From: Phoronis australis
Taxonomy: Eukaryota > Animalia > Phoronida
DNA: 64,000 nucleotides
Direction: 5' to 3'
Assembly: GCA_002633005.1 (NCBI GenBank)
Contig: NMRA01000408.1
Coordinates: forward strand, 1 to 64,000
Made by a program: the position numbers and the translations under genes
The notes under the pieces: model-generated
What the model saw: only the letters and a program-made list of their open reading frames with translations
Told to the model about the DNA's origin: nothing
Databases searched by the model: none
Shown here: positions 24,469-37,354 of the stretch, in pieces
How the letters are laid out: each line of letters opens with the position of its first letter
Numbering within the stretch: the stretch's first letter is position 1

Positions 24469-27375
24469 GATACTACTATGTCTCTGACTTTCCAATGTAG
24501 ACAGCTTAACTGAAGTCAAACCCAAACCTAGAAAACAGTAGCTCCAAGTTCTCACAACCATAAACTTCAACCCATGCATTTCAAGATCAAAAACCTACAA
24601 GTAATTCACCAATAGATGGAGTCCAATGCGCAAGTCAGTAGCTTTTCCATTAGCACAGACACATCTGGCATGTGTTAGTGTTCATCCTTAATTACTGCAG
24701 CACAAATTGAAGGTCAGAGAATAGTTAGTTTGTATCTGGCTCTAAAGACAACCCATTCACACTTCAACACAAGTCTACCATGTTTCCTAAACAAGAACCT
24801 GTCAATATTCAGTGAGTTGGAACCCCATACAGCAATGAGTTTACCCATCAATACCTCTTACACGTTTGCTTTATCACAAGATTTTCACAAAAATGATAAA
24901 ACTGATAAATAAATTGCACAGGAAGATAATAAAACATTCTGATAGATTTCTCTGGATAAATTAATGATGACAAACTCGGTGAATAAACCTAACTTTTTGA
25001 AAGAGTTGTTCTGCATGTCATTTGCCTACTCCAAGAACAAAATTGGCATGCACACGTTTCTATGGCAACTCATATTCACTTAAGACACATTAAATATCAT
25101 GTTTCAAATGATAATTGCCTAGTTTGAAGTCACGTAGTTCCCACTTCAGACACTGGCAAATATTACCTGGTTGACCAAACCCAATAGTGCACTAGTGGGT
25201 GGGGGGTATTAAGTAATGATTCGCTTCAGTGAATCTCAAACTTGGAATGGCCTGCCTGCTCTCAAATGTGAATGACATGCGTCAGTTCCACACATGGATT
25301 TGGAAGCCCTAGCGCCAACAAACACACCGCAAAGGGGGAAACACAGCCAGCAGTCCTTTTGTTAGGAGTTCCAAGGAATCCCTTAAAAAATAACTCACCC
25401 ACATAGCATGATATTTTACAAAGTACAAAAACCATGGAGCATGATAGCTCAAAGTATTTCGGTTTAATGCACATACTCGGTAAGATGGAAATACAGCTCA
25501 AAAATATCCAAGAGAAAGGTTCCCACAAATGGATATATTGTGATAATTTCTAGCTCACTGGGATCTCAGCTGGAAAATAAACACATATGCCTGGCTACAA
25601 GACCACCCACTCCTGCTGGAACTCTTCTGTCAATGAAACAGAAAATGAATTGCTTCGCTTTTCTGCACAATTTTGGCAACTCAATGTGAACAAAAGTCTC
25701 CTTATTTGCTCGTTACATCCCTAGGTTTTTATGTAGGCCATTTACTGCAATTAGATTGTATTTCTTTGGTCAAATTAAAGATGAGTCTTGGCTCGGGTAT
25801 AACAGCAGTTTGCGAATGACTGTGACAATGCAGGCTCTTATCAGTTGATTTGTGACAGCAGAAGTCAGTTAGGAAAGCGGAGGCCTGTTCTTTAAAATAT
25901 CAGAGGTCTAATTCAAATATTAGTTTTGAGAACCAGTTTTAGTTCTCCACTGAATAACGGACATCAAACCCAGGTTTTAAAAATGTGGGACCCCTGCAAA
26001 CTTAGCCATTTATTTAGTAAATTACCAATTTAGTGTTCCATTATAATGGTACAGCAAAAATATGGACTACGTCTCATCAAAATTAACAAAATTTCATATT
26101 AAGACTTCGTGGATCCACAAAGGATATTACAATTTTAGGCTCAACTATGATTTCAGCTATGAAACCTGGGCCCAGAGGCATAAAAGTTATACACCATATA
26201 GCAACAATGACGTCGAATTACCACGCGTCACGTTGTTATTGTTGAACAATGCACCAGACGTCATGTAACAATCAAACTTATCCAGCGGATAATTTTGAAG
26301 TTTCATGCAACCCAGCACTGGTGGTTTTAGCAAAATGCCGACAATCTTACTTTGAAAACTCAATCTGGGTTGATGTAGGCTATCTTCACAAGTGCAAGTG
26401 AAGAGGGTTTCATTAACATCGAATTTCATCAGGTTTCTGATGGAATGTAAACCATTCTGTGACAATGCTTGTAACAACATGACATGAATCAAAACATCAG
26501 TATGAATAAATCTGTGAGTGTGTTGATTACTCCTGGGCTTACATTCATAAATAGAAACTTTGTCCATATGACTTACATCTGGATGAAGAAGGATGTGTTT
26601 GCTTATTTACCTAGCACACCATCAATATGTTGGTTTTCAGTCTTGATTTATAAACACATATACAATCTAAGATGATCTAGCACACATGTCCAGATTTCCA
26701 GAGAATCTTGCGAACGAACGATTCTACCAGTAGATGTCCTTCCATGGATCTTCTGCATGTGTGCCCAATGAATTAAGTGTGTTATTTTAGACATTTCTTC
26801 ACTCATGAGGAGAATAGTTGGAAATTAGCATGCACCAACATGTCATACTTGTGTAAGTTGTCAACAAGCTAAAATGAAACAGCACGACACCTGGATCAAG
26901 GACTATCGCAAGGAAAATTCCATGGGAACTTCCAGAAACACCAAGTCAAAGGTGTTTTTTTTTGGTTTTTAGTCGTGACCAGTGAGACGCAACAGAGAAA
27001 TAGAACAATTAGTGTGTATAAAAAATTAGTGTGGATGAGGCATGAAAATATGCAGTCAGGCACTACCGCAACACCGTGAGTATGTGAATTTTGTCGCGTA
27101 CACCAAATCAGCTTCAAACAGTGGAACGGTCTGACAGAAGCGGGACAGTTAATCAACCATTTACTCGTATGTAATTGTTAGCATTGTTGCCAACATTTGA
27201 AAATGAAAAAGTACAACATCAAGGCTATTTCAAGACCCCCAAAACACCAACGACTTCTTTCTTTAGTTGTCGCTTGAGTACAATGGAACAAGGAAATAGG
27301 GGGAAATCGTATGGAGAACCATAAAAATATTCACCAATTTCGACACCCATTTCAGCCACACCTCCCCCCTTCGGT

Positions 27376-27557
27376 CACCAAGAACTTTTGCATTTGTCCC
27401 TCCTGTTGAATATCCGCGCTACGCCAATGTTAGTGGAGGTAAAAAAAATGACTGATATTTTAAGGACACCAACAACTTTTGCATTTGTCCCTCCAGTTGA
27501 ATATCCGCGCTACGCCAATGTTAGTGGAGGTAAAAAAACGACTGATATTTTAAGGAC
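27376..27557. repeat. Two-copy ~91-bp tandem duplication
   Basis: caccaa(g/c)aacttttgcatttgtccctcc...gactgatattttaagga repeated at 27376 and 27467. Confidence 0.93.
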
Positions 27558-29332
27558 TAGTTTCGATTTTTTTCAGTCAACAAAGCAAAAGGAAATGCCA
27601 TTTCAAGCACATCTGCCAACAGGACCCAGGATGGCTGCTTTATAAAAATGACACACTTGCAGCGGAAGGTAACACTACACACTTCCTTGAGGGCCTAGCT
27701 CTTCTAGACAAGGGAGAATTGCGCCTAAGGGAGACTTTCTGAAAGACCTGTCAATCAAACCATTGGCCCATATTCATCTCTGATCACATATCAGACACCC
27801 TGCACCAATAGCTCAGTGATACATTGTATTCATTTTCAATGAAGGTGTTAAGCGTTTGTTTACCCATTTGAGAGTGATTTCAAATTAAGGATTTAGCCAT
27901 AACAGGAGGTGAAAAGACCTCTTTTGCTCAGGGCAACTGACAGAAGTGAAAGGAACTGTTCAAGATCCTTAACACTGAGGAGCGAAGTGCAATATTGAAA
28001 GGTTTGTTGTTCAATTAAAAATATATTCTCACATTATTTGTTGGTTACCATATTACAAGCTTCTTGAAATTCAAAGCTTCTCCAAACAGAACATAGTTGT
28101 ATGTAGCAAACACTCAAGGGAATCGTTTGAAATTACTTACGAAAATCTTATCTGTACACAACATTTAGAGAAAGATAGAATAAGCTGTGGGCCGTAGTTC
28201 AAGATTGTTGGGAGATGAGCGAGATTGCAAGTTTTTCGCGAGATATCACCATGCATTACAATCAAAGCGCAACACCACAATGGCTTAACTTGTGAGTATC
28301 TTTCATCCACCGAATGCGCCCCTGTTAAATTCGCTAATATTCAGCGGTATGTAAAAAAACAGCAGTGACACACAATGCCAAATCTGTTCAGTTTCTTACC
28401 AAGTGCGACATTAATACGCCCAAGGCCCATTTTATCAAAGGTCATAACTCTGGTCCTAACTACAACGGTCATAACCATTCTATTAATAAATTTCAAAGGA
28501 AACGCTTCTTCTCTTATCAAAACGAAACCGAGCCAATTGATAATTTTTCATTGTTAGTTTAGTTCCACAAGCCACATAATGAATTTTGACATCTGTATGC
28601 AAATTAAATTTGAGTCACGACCATCTGACCTAAGACTGTACTTACAGCCATTGATAAAACGGGCCCCTGATGTGCAGTAGCTGAACACCCACTATCAAAT
28701 AAGTCCATGGATTACAGAAAAAAATATAAAAAAATGTAAATTTTCAAAAAGTAATACTTGTGCTCCATCACAGGACGGTTTCCGGCCCAACCATGGTTGG
28801 GAGGAATTTAAAATGGTGCACATGAATTAACAAACTTCTGTCCATGAACAAAGTAGTCATTTAGCAGAAGACAGGAAGAATTGCAAGCTTCCAGTAATAG
28901 CTCAAAATTTAAACTGTGATGAGCAAAAACCTGCAAATGGTGGGAAAGCAAAGGTTATAAATTGATTTAGAAATTAATAATGCCATAATTCTTTGTTACT
29001 TTTATTTTTATTAACAAGAAAAGCAGGTACAATAACAAATAATCAGAGCACAAGGTCCATACAACATACAAGTTAAACATTCCACCCACATGCAATTCAA
29101 ACAAGTCACTATTTACCAACATAATACGAGTGTATGCAGTTAAAAGTTCAATTATTGATGGGGGGACATGACCATTTGATTCTAAATTTTTCATACTCAC
29201 TATTTTTACTGTGAATGTATATTAATTCTAATTTTGCGGGTATCTTTAAGCTTTGGACAATTAAATAAATTTAAGTTTTTGCATAGCCATTAGCTATATA
29301 TGTATGCATGCATGTATGAAGAATATAGCCTC

Positions 29333-29368
29333 TGTATGTAAGTATGTATGTATGTTATGTTTGTATGT

Positions 29369-29399
<31 letters not shown>

Positions 29400-29673
29400 G
29401 TATGTATGTATGTATGTAAGTATGTATGTATGTATGTATGTTATGTGTGTATGTATGTATGTTATGTGTGTATGTATGTATGTTATGTATGTATGTTATG
29501 TATGTATGTATGTATGTATGTATGAATGAATGAATGTATGTTATGTATGTATGTATGTATGTATGTTATGTATGTATGTATGTATGTATGTTATGTATGT
29601 ATGTATGTATGTATGTATGTATGAATGAATGAATGTATGTATGTATGTATGTATGTATGTATGAATGTATGTA
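29333..29673. repeat. (TATG)n microsatellite with TGAA and TTATG variants
   Basis: Direct inspection. Confidence 0.97.
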
Positions 29674-30489
29674 TAAAAGTGCATATACAATACTAAAACA
29701 AGTTTGCTGCTGAACGTCTCTCACCAAGCCAATTAACCTATCGCAAGCTCCGCCCACTTGCCTAAAATCGACAAACAAACAATAAGTTTTACCTCACAAC
29801 ACGTTGTTTGTCAGGTAAAATGACGGCTTGGAAACGAAGTAGTGTCAAGAATTCTGCATTCTGTTTGGTCAGTAATAAGCCGTCACTCAAAAATCCTGGC
29901 GATAGGTCAATTATCCAAGACCACATCAATATTCAGAGAAATACTGAAATTTACCGAATTCCAGAAACCTTTAATGGCCAGATAACTTCAAACTTGTAGA
30001 CAAAATAATGCTCCATAATGTATTCCTTAACCAAAAAAATTGGAACACTGGGTTTACAATTCCAAACAAAGTCTGCTAAATGGGCAATAGTACTTACAGG
30101 GTTCCCTGATTTTGAGAAACAATTTCATGCTTGTTATTCAGGGGAGAAAACTGGTTCTAGTCAAAATGCACGACCCCAGTAAATGTCTAATACTGCTTAA
30201 TGCATAGTTGCCAATTGTTCCCCTTTTTGAAGCTTAGTACCACACCCGCCCACAGAACCAGAATGTCCCCATTTCTTACATCTGGTGATATTTACACACT
30301 AACCTTGTTCCGCGCTTTTTCACTCTAAGCCTATTTCCCTATTCCGTTTTGAAGACACAACACCGGTACGATGTTTTGGGGTGTTACAGAGTGTTTCTCC
30401 CTTACGTTATGGCCTAGATGAGTTATCCCGGTTTTTTATTTTGCAATGTTGATTACGTACCGGTATGTAAATGAGTAATACTAAACCTT

Positions 30490-31088
30490 CATTATCTCTG
30501 TGATTGCTTACCCAAATTGGTTAGAAACAACATATAGCAACAATGCGAATATGAAGTAGGTTGAAAATTGTCAAAATATTTTTAAGGTTGAATTTTGTGG
30601 TGAAAATGATCGGCCAAAAATCACTGAATCGTGTCCAGTACGTAAGTATCGGGAGGTGGTGCTGGGGAATAACACTCCATGATGAGCCTTCGTGATCCCG
30701 CGAGGTATGTCATTAGTGCAAAAGTCACCTATTTGCAGAAATTTTTGTTTTCACATTTACAAGTTGTCAATGAATACAACTGCACTTTGTTTAGGGTAGG
30801 TTATGTTAAAATAGCATTGTCGTTTAGTTCCTGCTATACATTAGAATAGTTAAGAGCTTGCAAATACACAAACCCTTTGAGGTAGATAAAACGCTGTTGA
30901 TGGGAATGACTGAGCAACTCCACTTGAAACCGAGGAATCTTTCATGTTACTCAATGAGAAACAAATTATTTAGTTCATCAGAAATTTGTTTTTAAATAAA
31001 ACCAGAATAGAGAAAAAAATCAGTAAACTGTGATTCAGTGTCCTTAACAGAATTCCATCATTAAACTTAGAAGCAGAGTAATTAGCAC
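30490..31088 (+). repeat. Duplicated segment, copy B, including the end of a TTAA-type (Kolobok-like) element
   Basis: 30629-31088 matches 1-768. ~30490-30880 also matches 40471-40870 in reverse, more diverged. Confidence 0.88.
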
Positions 31089-31911
31089 TTTGAAAGTTTT
31101 TAACAATATCACATTATAAAGGTAAGATAAATCAAGTGCACACACAGGTGTGACTTAACAATATGAAACTACCTCGAATTTAATCAGCACACCTGTTGAG
31201 CAGGTTAACCTCCAAATATTATCAGCATTGCCTGTCAAAGGACTCTAGAAAGATTACTTGTAAATCTCTTTATATGATGAATAGGGATTTATGAAGCTTA
31301 TTCTTAATAAAAGAGCTCAGACTTGCTCTGATTTGCCCAAATCGTTTAGAATTTTTAAATTGTTAATAAAAATGTGGTGCCACATTATCCCTCTGTACAC
31401 AAGCCAGGTGAATTCTACTAGTTCACTTGAACACTGAATTCTGTGGCAACTGAATGATTTTAAAAACTGGTGGCAGTGACATGATTATCCAACTAATTAA
31501 AGCTGTATTTTGCTTATTAAGCTGGATAAAAAATGAAAATCTGATAAAATACTTTACTTTTGTAAGATTCCTTACCTATAGTAGTCTGAGTGGTTATCAA
31601 AAAGAACAACAAAACCGTCACTTTGAGTTTATGCAGATTAGCTGACCTTAAAACTGTTAATACTGAAATGGCGTGTGAATGCAATTTGCCAATGACTTGA
31701 GTTGGTAATGAAATGGAATCCTGTGACAGTAAGGAGACCGACTAACCCTGACCGTAAGATTCAATTTTTAATTTTTGCCAGCTTAACAGGGCAAGGCATC
31801 ATTAACAACCCCTTTGGATGAAACTGTGGTACCCAAACAATGTAGCAGCAGGCAGCAGGGGGCATGATTTACTAAGTCAGAAAGAAGTTAGCAAGTAAGT
31901 TTAAAATTAAC

Positions 31912-32036
31912 TGAGGGGGGGCTATAGCCCCACATTTTTCAGCGCTACATCGCCACCCATGGTCTATGGGCGGTTTGCCAGAGGGGGACTGGGGGGCTAT
32001 AGCACCCACATTTTTCAGTGCTGCGCCGCCCATGGA
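31912..32036. repeat. Two-copy direct repeat of a hAT-like MITE end (ggggggctatagc.ccacatttttcag...gcc.cccatgg)
   Basis: Copies at ~31912-31962 and ~31989-32035. Confidence 0.6.
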
Positions 32037-33349
32037 TACAGCAGCTGCGAGAATTAGAAAGTCTGGATTTCTGATTGTTTGTCTCGCCTTCCACATTGAT
32101 CGCTCTCCCATGCCGTGAGGTATGAAATAGCGGCACACCTCCAGATACGGCAGGCAGATCAGCAGCCTCACTTTCGCACCAATGGAGATTCACAAGTTAG
32201 CGTCTGTCATCTGCATACTTTATGTTTTATATCATATGTAAATCATGTTGGGGGAAGTATTACTGCTGTGCCATGGGCTGGAATGCCGATTCAAGGAATT
32301 GGGATAAGCTGCATAAACATCCATGGATGCGGGATGTCACGTTTCACCCCAACCCGATGGTTCTGAGGGACGAAAGACATGAAAATATGCCCGTCATGCG
32401 AACAGGGGCGTCGTTGTACAATCGCTATAATCTTACCTCACGGCTGAGAAGAGCGGTTCTCGGCGGGAGTGCAGGATGCACTAATTGTTCATGTTTCACT
32501 GGGGAACATTGCAAGACCCTTGAGTCTTCAGCTTCTCAGCTCAGTTTAAACTATATGTTAGTAAAGCAAACAAATGGTTCCAGGTGATCAGTGCAATGGG
32601 CCCAGCCGAGGGGCTTTGCACGTCTAGTATGTGTACCAGACTGCCTCAATTATTTTCAAATACATAATTACTAACTACCTTAGCCACAAACGAAGAAGAA
32701 TTACGACTTACGAGTAGGATTAGGTCAGAACCTAAACGTTATATGCTAGATTTTTAATAAACTGTGAAACATATTCTTCATCCAGTTACATTCATTTTCT
32801 GTGAGAATATCCAACCATGGGAAAAGTGTTGCATTTAATATCCTTTGATCTAACCATGTGCCTTGAAAATTGGTACCAACTCATTCTTGTAAAGAAGAAT
32901 TGCTATTATTTGCGACAGACAAGTCTGATCAATTGAGTGCTCCATATTAAAACAATCTTACAAGTCCTGGGAATATCTTTATCATTCTAATTGGATAACC
33001 AATCCCACAACTTGGTAACAACTTATACCTGTCTGCCAGCTCACCAACTTCACTTGGTCACCAGGACACCGCATGCAAAATTTGCCAAATGTTGACAGAG
33101 CACAGAGACCATGTCTGTAACAACAGGGCTGTTATGGACGCCATGTGTAGGGTATTACTCACTGTGTGGGTCCTTGCAGGATTATTGTCTTATAATGTAA
33201 TCAGGAAGGGGTGTGGTGAGCTATCTTATGACTGCAACGAATTATGGATAATGGTTCAGTTAACTGATAAAGTGCTGCAAAAAGAAGAAGGTCATAAAAT
33301 ACGTAAGGCGGCAATAAAACAAAATTTTTGATTGATGAAATTAGTCTCA

Positions 33350-33600
33350 AATTGTTCCTTAGTCAAATTTTAGGTGATTTCAGGGCATGGAAAGAAGTCA
33401 CTGTTTGACATCACGATTGGTCGAGACCAGACTCTCGAGGTTGGCTCCTAACGACATCTCTTTTTATGCACAGTCTTGTGTTACAATGAACTGTCAGTTC
33501 TTTGCAAAACCCAAAAATTGCATCTCATCCCAGTATGGAACGAGTTAAGACAAATTTTACTTGATAAGTGATCGAAAACAAAAGTTTGCTTCATGGGTGG
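33350..33600 (+). repeat. Dispersed repeat related to 36450-36662 and to the 39.4-kb and 49-kb elements
   Basis: Shared aatgaa.tgtcagtt.tttgcaa.acc.aaaa...ctc.t.cagta.g.aa..agt.aagac...aaaa.tttgcttc with 36550-36660. The left part (gaaatt.gtct.aaat...aggtgatttc.g.gc.tgg.aagaa) is shared with ~39490-39550. Confidence 0.65.
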
Positions 33601-33864
33601 AATGTAGGTTTATATAGCCGTATAGACAAGGCCTTCAGGTGTCACGAAGGAAGACCAGCACCCAAATCACAGACAACGCTATCACCCATTGACACATATA
33701 TTCCATCTATCCCTGATACACACAAGGAATCAATGTTAAATGAAGACTTAGGCCACATTTGAAGATAAATAACACTGCAAATGCAACAAGAGCAATAGAA
33801 AGCCTTGAAATGCACCCACGACTGTACTGCAGACGGTCTGCTTATAGGGGTGTTTTTAGTATCA

Positions 33865-34958
33865 TAAAAATGACCAATAGATGGCACAGAATACCTCAAA
33901 CTCATTCGAAATCGGGAAGGAGTCATCGTCTCTCTCATACAAAACTATTTGCGAATTTCTATAAGGAACTCCAAATATACAGAGGCAAGCGTAAAACCTA
34001 AAACTGCCACGTCCAAAAAGTTGTGAGTAGCTGTTGTCTCATTTAAAGGAAAAAGCACCTGCAAAAGGTCACCAAAATCCTGCAACAGAATTAGGAGCTA
34101 CAGCCATAGTTGCAAAAATACAAAATCACCACGGGAATGCCGCAGTTGTCAGACCTGTTTGAAAATCAACGTCAACAACAAAACCATGAACACAACTGCT
34201 AAGTTTCATAACGATCTTTTGGACAGTCTAAAGAGGTGAACGCCAAAAAACTGCACTCAAAATAATAAACAATGACCACCAAGTGGCGCAGAAGACATCA
34301 AATCCTTCTGAAAATGTTAAGGCACTGTTGTCTCCTCAATAAAAACGTATCTTGCAAATTTCACAAAAATCCATCCTTAAACTAAGATACCGAGGCAAAC
34401 GTAAAAAATGAATTGCCATTAGGAAGCGCAGGTGTAGTCAGATTGGTCTGAAACTGGTTGTCATCAAAGATCCTGCCACGGACGCAAAACAGTAGGGAGC
34501 GCTAGAATAGTGGCACCCCTCTGAAAATCAACCGTGGTCTTCCCATCAAGAACACATCTGCAAATTTTCATGACAATCCTTTGAGCGGTTTGGTGGATAA
34601 AGATGCAGATGTCAAAAACATACTCAATTTTTTTAAAATGACCACCAGGTGGTGCAGAATAGGTCAAATCTGTCCCAAAAATGAAAGGGCATCGTCATCT
34701 CTTAAATAGAAACCAATATAGAAAATTTCATGAAAATCCATCACAGAACTCTCCGATACAGAGGCAAATGTAAAAAACTAAAATTGCCACTCAGGGGCAG
34801 AGTGGTATTTGGATTAATTCAAAACTGCTCATCTGTCGTCAGCTTCATAGAAACACATCTGCCGAAATCTCCATTGATCCTGCGAGGCGTTTACAGGATT
34901 CAGCAGCAGACGAAGGACGCCCAGACTGATATGACAGTAATATGCACCCACATAAAAA
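33865..34958 (+). mobile_element. Helentron/Helitron2-like non-autonomous element with ~370-400-bp degenerate internal tandem units
   Basis: Units anchored at 33871, 34273 and 34639 (aatgacca.cag.tggcgcagaa...aaatttcatgaaaatcc...gatacagaggcaaa.gtaaaa..taaaa.tgccac). It ends in cagacg..ggacg...cagac...atatgcacccacataaaa, resembling Helentron-derived element ends. Confidence 0.55.
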
Positions 34959-37354
34959 TGGTCTTTGTTGTTTCTCTCTCTAAGAAGTCTGCAATTACTT
35001 TGCTCCATGGCCACAAGTGCCCCACAAATCTTGATGTCTCATGATGGGGAAAATATAAATAGGTAATGTCTGCTCACTTGGACTGCCCACAACTCCTATC
35101 TTCATTGTACCATTGTAATGGTATCAACATATTACCTAAGTCCTTTACCAACAAAAGCAGGTTTCACCTAATCCTTTACAGGAAGGATCAGGATTGCCAC
35201 TACAAGTTGGTGCCAGGCATTATGCTTTCTGTTTAGTTGACTGGATGAATGAGAATGAGCCTAATGGATTATCCTTAATCCTGACCACAAGCAGGGAAAA
35301 TCTTATGTCACACTGTAATAACAGAATCAAGAGAGTGGAATAGACTTGATCTGATGACACTTGTGTCCAGACGAGCAGTGCCTCAGCACAAGTTCTCACA
35401 AGGGCCTCTTACTCTCACCATTCAGCTGAGTGTCCACACAACATACTTGCCACCAGTGACAAGGTGGGAATGATAGGAAGACGCTCTGAACATGAACGAC
35501 ACGAGTGTGCCACACGGTGCAGGTGCAAAGCTGATAATTCAGTCTTGTCCGCACAGTCACCTCAAAGCAGGGGCTAGTTGATCAGACAAACTTGCACCAC
35601 CTCAAACAGGTGAAGTAAGTTGTCATGTCAAGTTACACCAGCTTGATATGTGTTCATGCATCACTTGCGCAGATTTCCTGAAGGTAATAACGCCCTCACA
35701 AATTCTGCTTTTGTCTAACGGTAGACAGACATTTTTATAAACTAACAACAATGAGACCACATTTAGACATTCTCTGATGATGCAAATAGAAATCTATGTG
35801 TCACCAAGAAATATCCAGGGCCTGAAAGCTTTAAGTGGCAAGAAACCCGTGTTCCATCAATGGAGCAAATTTTTTATTTAGAGCACTTACAAAGAACAGA
35901 CAGTTTGTTATTCCTTGTTATTCCAAACTACCATACTTACCCATCAAAATAACATGACATGACAATAGCTAACATTTAAAGCCTGTAGTGAACAATAACG
36001 AACTGCCAGTTCCTTCAAAGCACAGAAATCACACTTATTTTGAGCAAGGAAAAAGTTCAGGTCAGTTTTGTAACTGTAAAGGATCAAAAATTGCTTTTGT
36101 GATGGAATACAGGTTTATAAACACTTTATTTTCAAGAGTAAAGTTGGACAAAATACGTTTTCTCAAACATCTTCAGATTCCTCAATTGAACGAGAAGACA
36201 ACACTAGGCAACAAAAGGTATTGTTTTCACGAGTTATTGCAAGATCCAAGGAGGATCCATAATCCTTTAATTCTCACAATGCCCCTTCATAAAAGAAAAA
36301 ATTAACTTTAGTAAGGGTGATTTTCAGAATAGAAACCTCGTTGTAAATGCAACTGTAAACCGCTTTCCATCACAAAAACCTTCTTTTGATCTGGATCACC
36401 TTCCATTACGAAATTGGTCAATTATTCCTCAGTCAAAATAGATGTTAATTCTGGGCTCAGAAAGAACTGAGCTGGTTATTGCTTGGGACTATACTCAGCA
36501 CATTGACATGTTACAGCGCACAATTCGCTGAGCATGACCTCCCGCAATAATGAATTGTCAGTTTTTTGCAAGACCAAAAATCCCTTCTCTTCTCAGTAAG
36601 AAATAAGTCAAGACCATTTTTATAGCAGTACTGAACTGCTCTAAATCAAAACTTTGCTTCCTCGATAGAGCCCATAAGAGGTGCTGTCAACTCAGGAGGG
36701 TATTTTATTGTCTCCACTTGACCACGGAATTAGTGATATTGCTCCTGTGGGTAAACCAAATAACTAACCATAGCCAGAGAGGTTGGACAATAGGTGGTAT
36801 TGGAATTGTCACAGATACCCATTTTCCTGATTGCCCAGGACACTGATATAGGTGCAGAATCCCTGGGAGTTAACACAACCCTAATGTTTGCAACCATTAT
36901 CACAAAAAATACAATGTGTGACCAAGAAAAACATGGGAGAGGAATTCCTGATTTTAGTTACAGTTTATCAGGCCAAAGAGTGACACTTGAGTTACCTGTC
37001 ACATTCTGTCCTCAGTGAAGGTGTGGGAGACTTAACCGACCAACTTGAGACCTGTCAATCACCAGTGGGTGTCAGGTCATATTGGCCCTTCAGACACAGT
37101 GGAAGAGTTGATATGAAGAGGAGGAAACACTATACCAAATGCACACAGTTATGTAACTTTATCAAATATTGCTGTCACCAGCTCAGGACTAACTGAACTA
37201 AAATAAACACAGCTAAGACTGAGTCAGTACTAATTGAAAACAATCGTCCAGAAAATTTGAAGGAAACCAAGTTCACTAAGGTCAACGCAAATCAAAGTGA
37301 TTGACAAGCTTACTGTGGGTTTATATTGTCAGCATGGAATTAATTTTCTTCAGT

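Noticed and set aside
26380-26640. Possible Harbinger transposase remnant
   Set aside because: Similarity is too weak and needs multiple frameshifts.
29344-29778. MYVCMYV / HTYIHTY ORFs
   Set aside because: Translations of the (TATG)n microsatellite.
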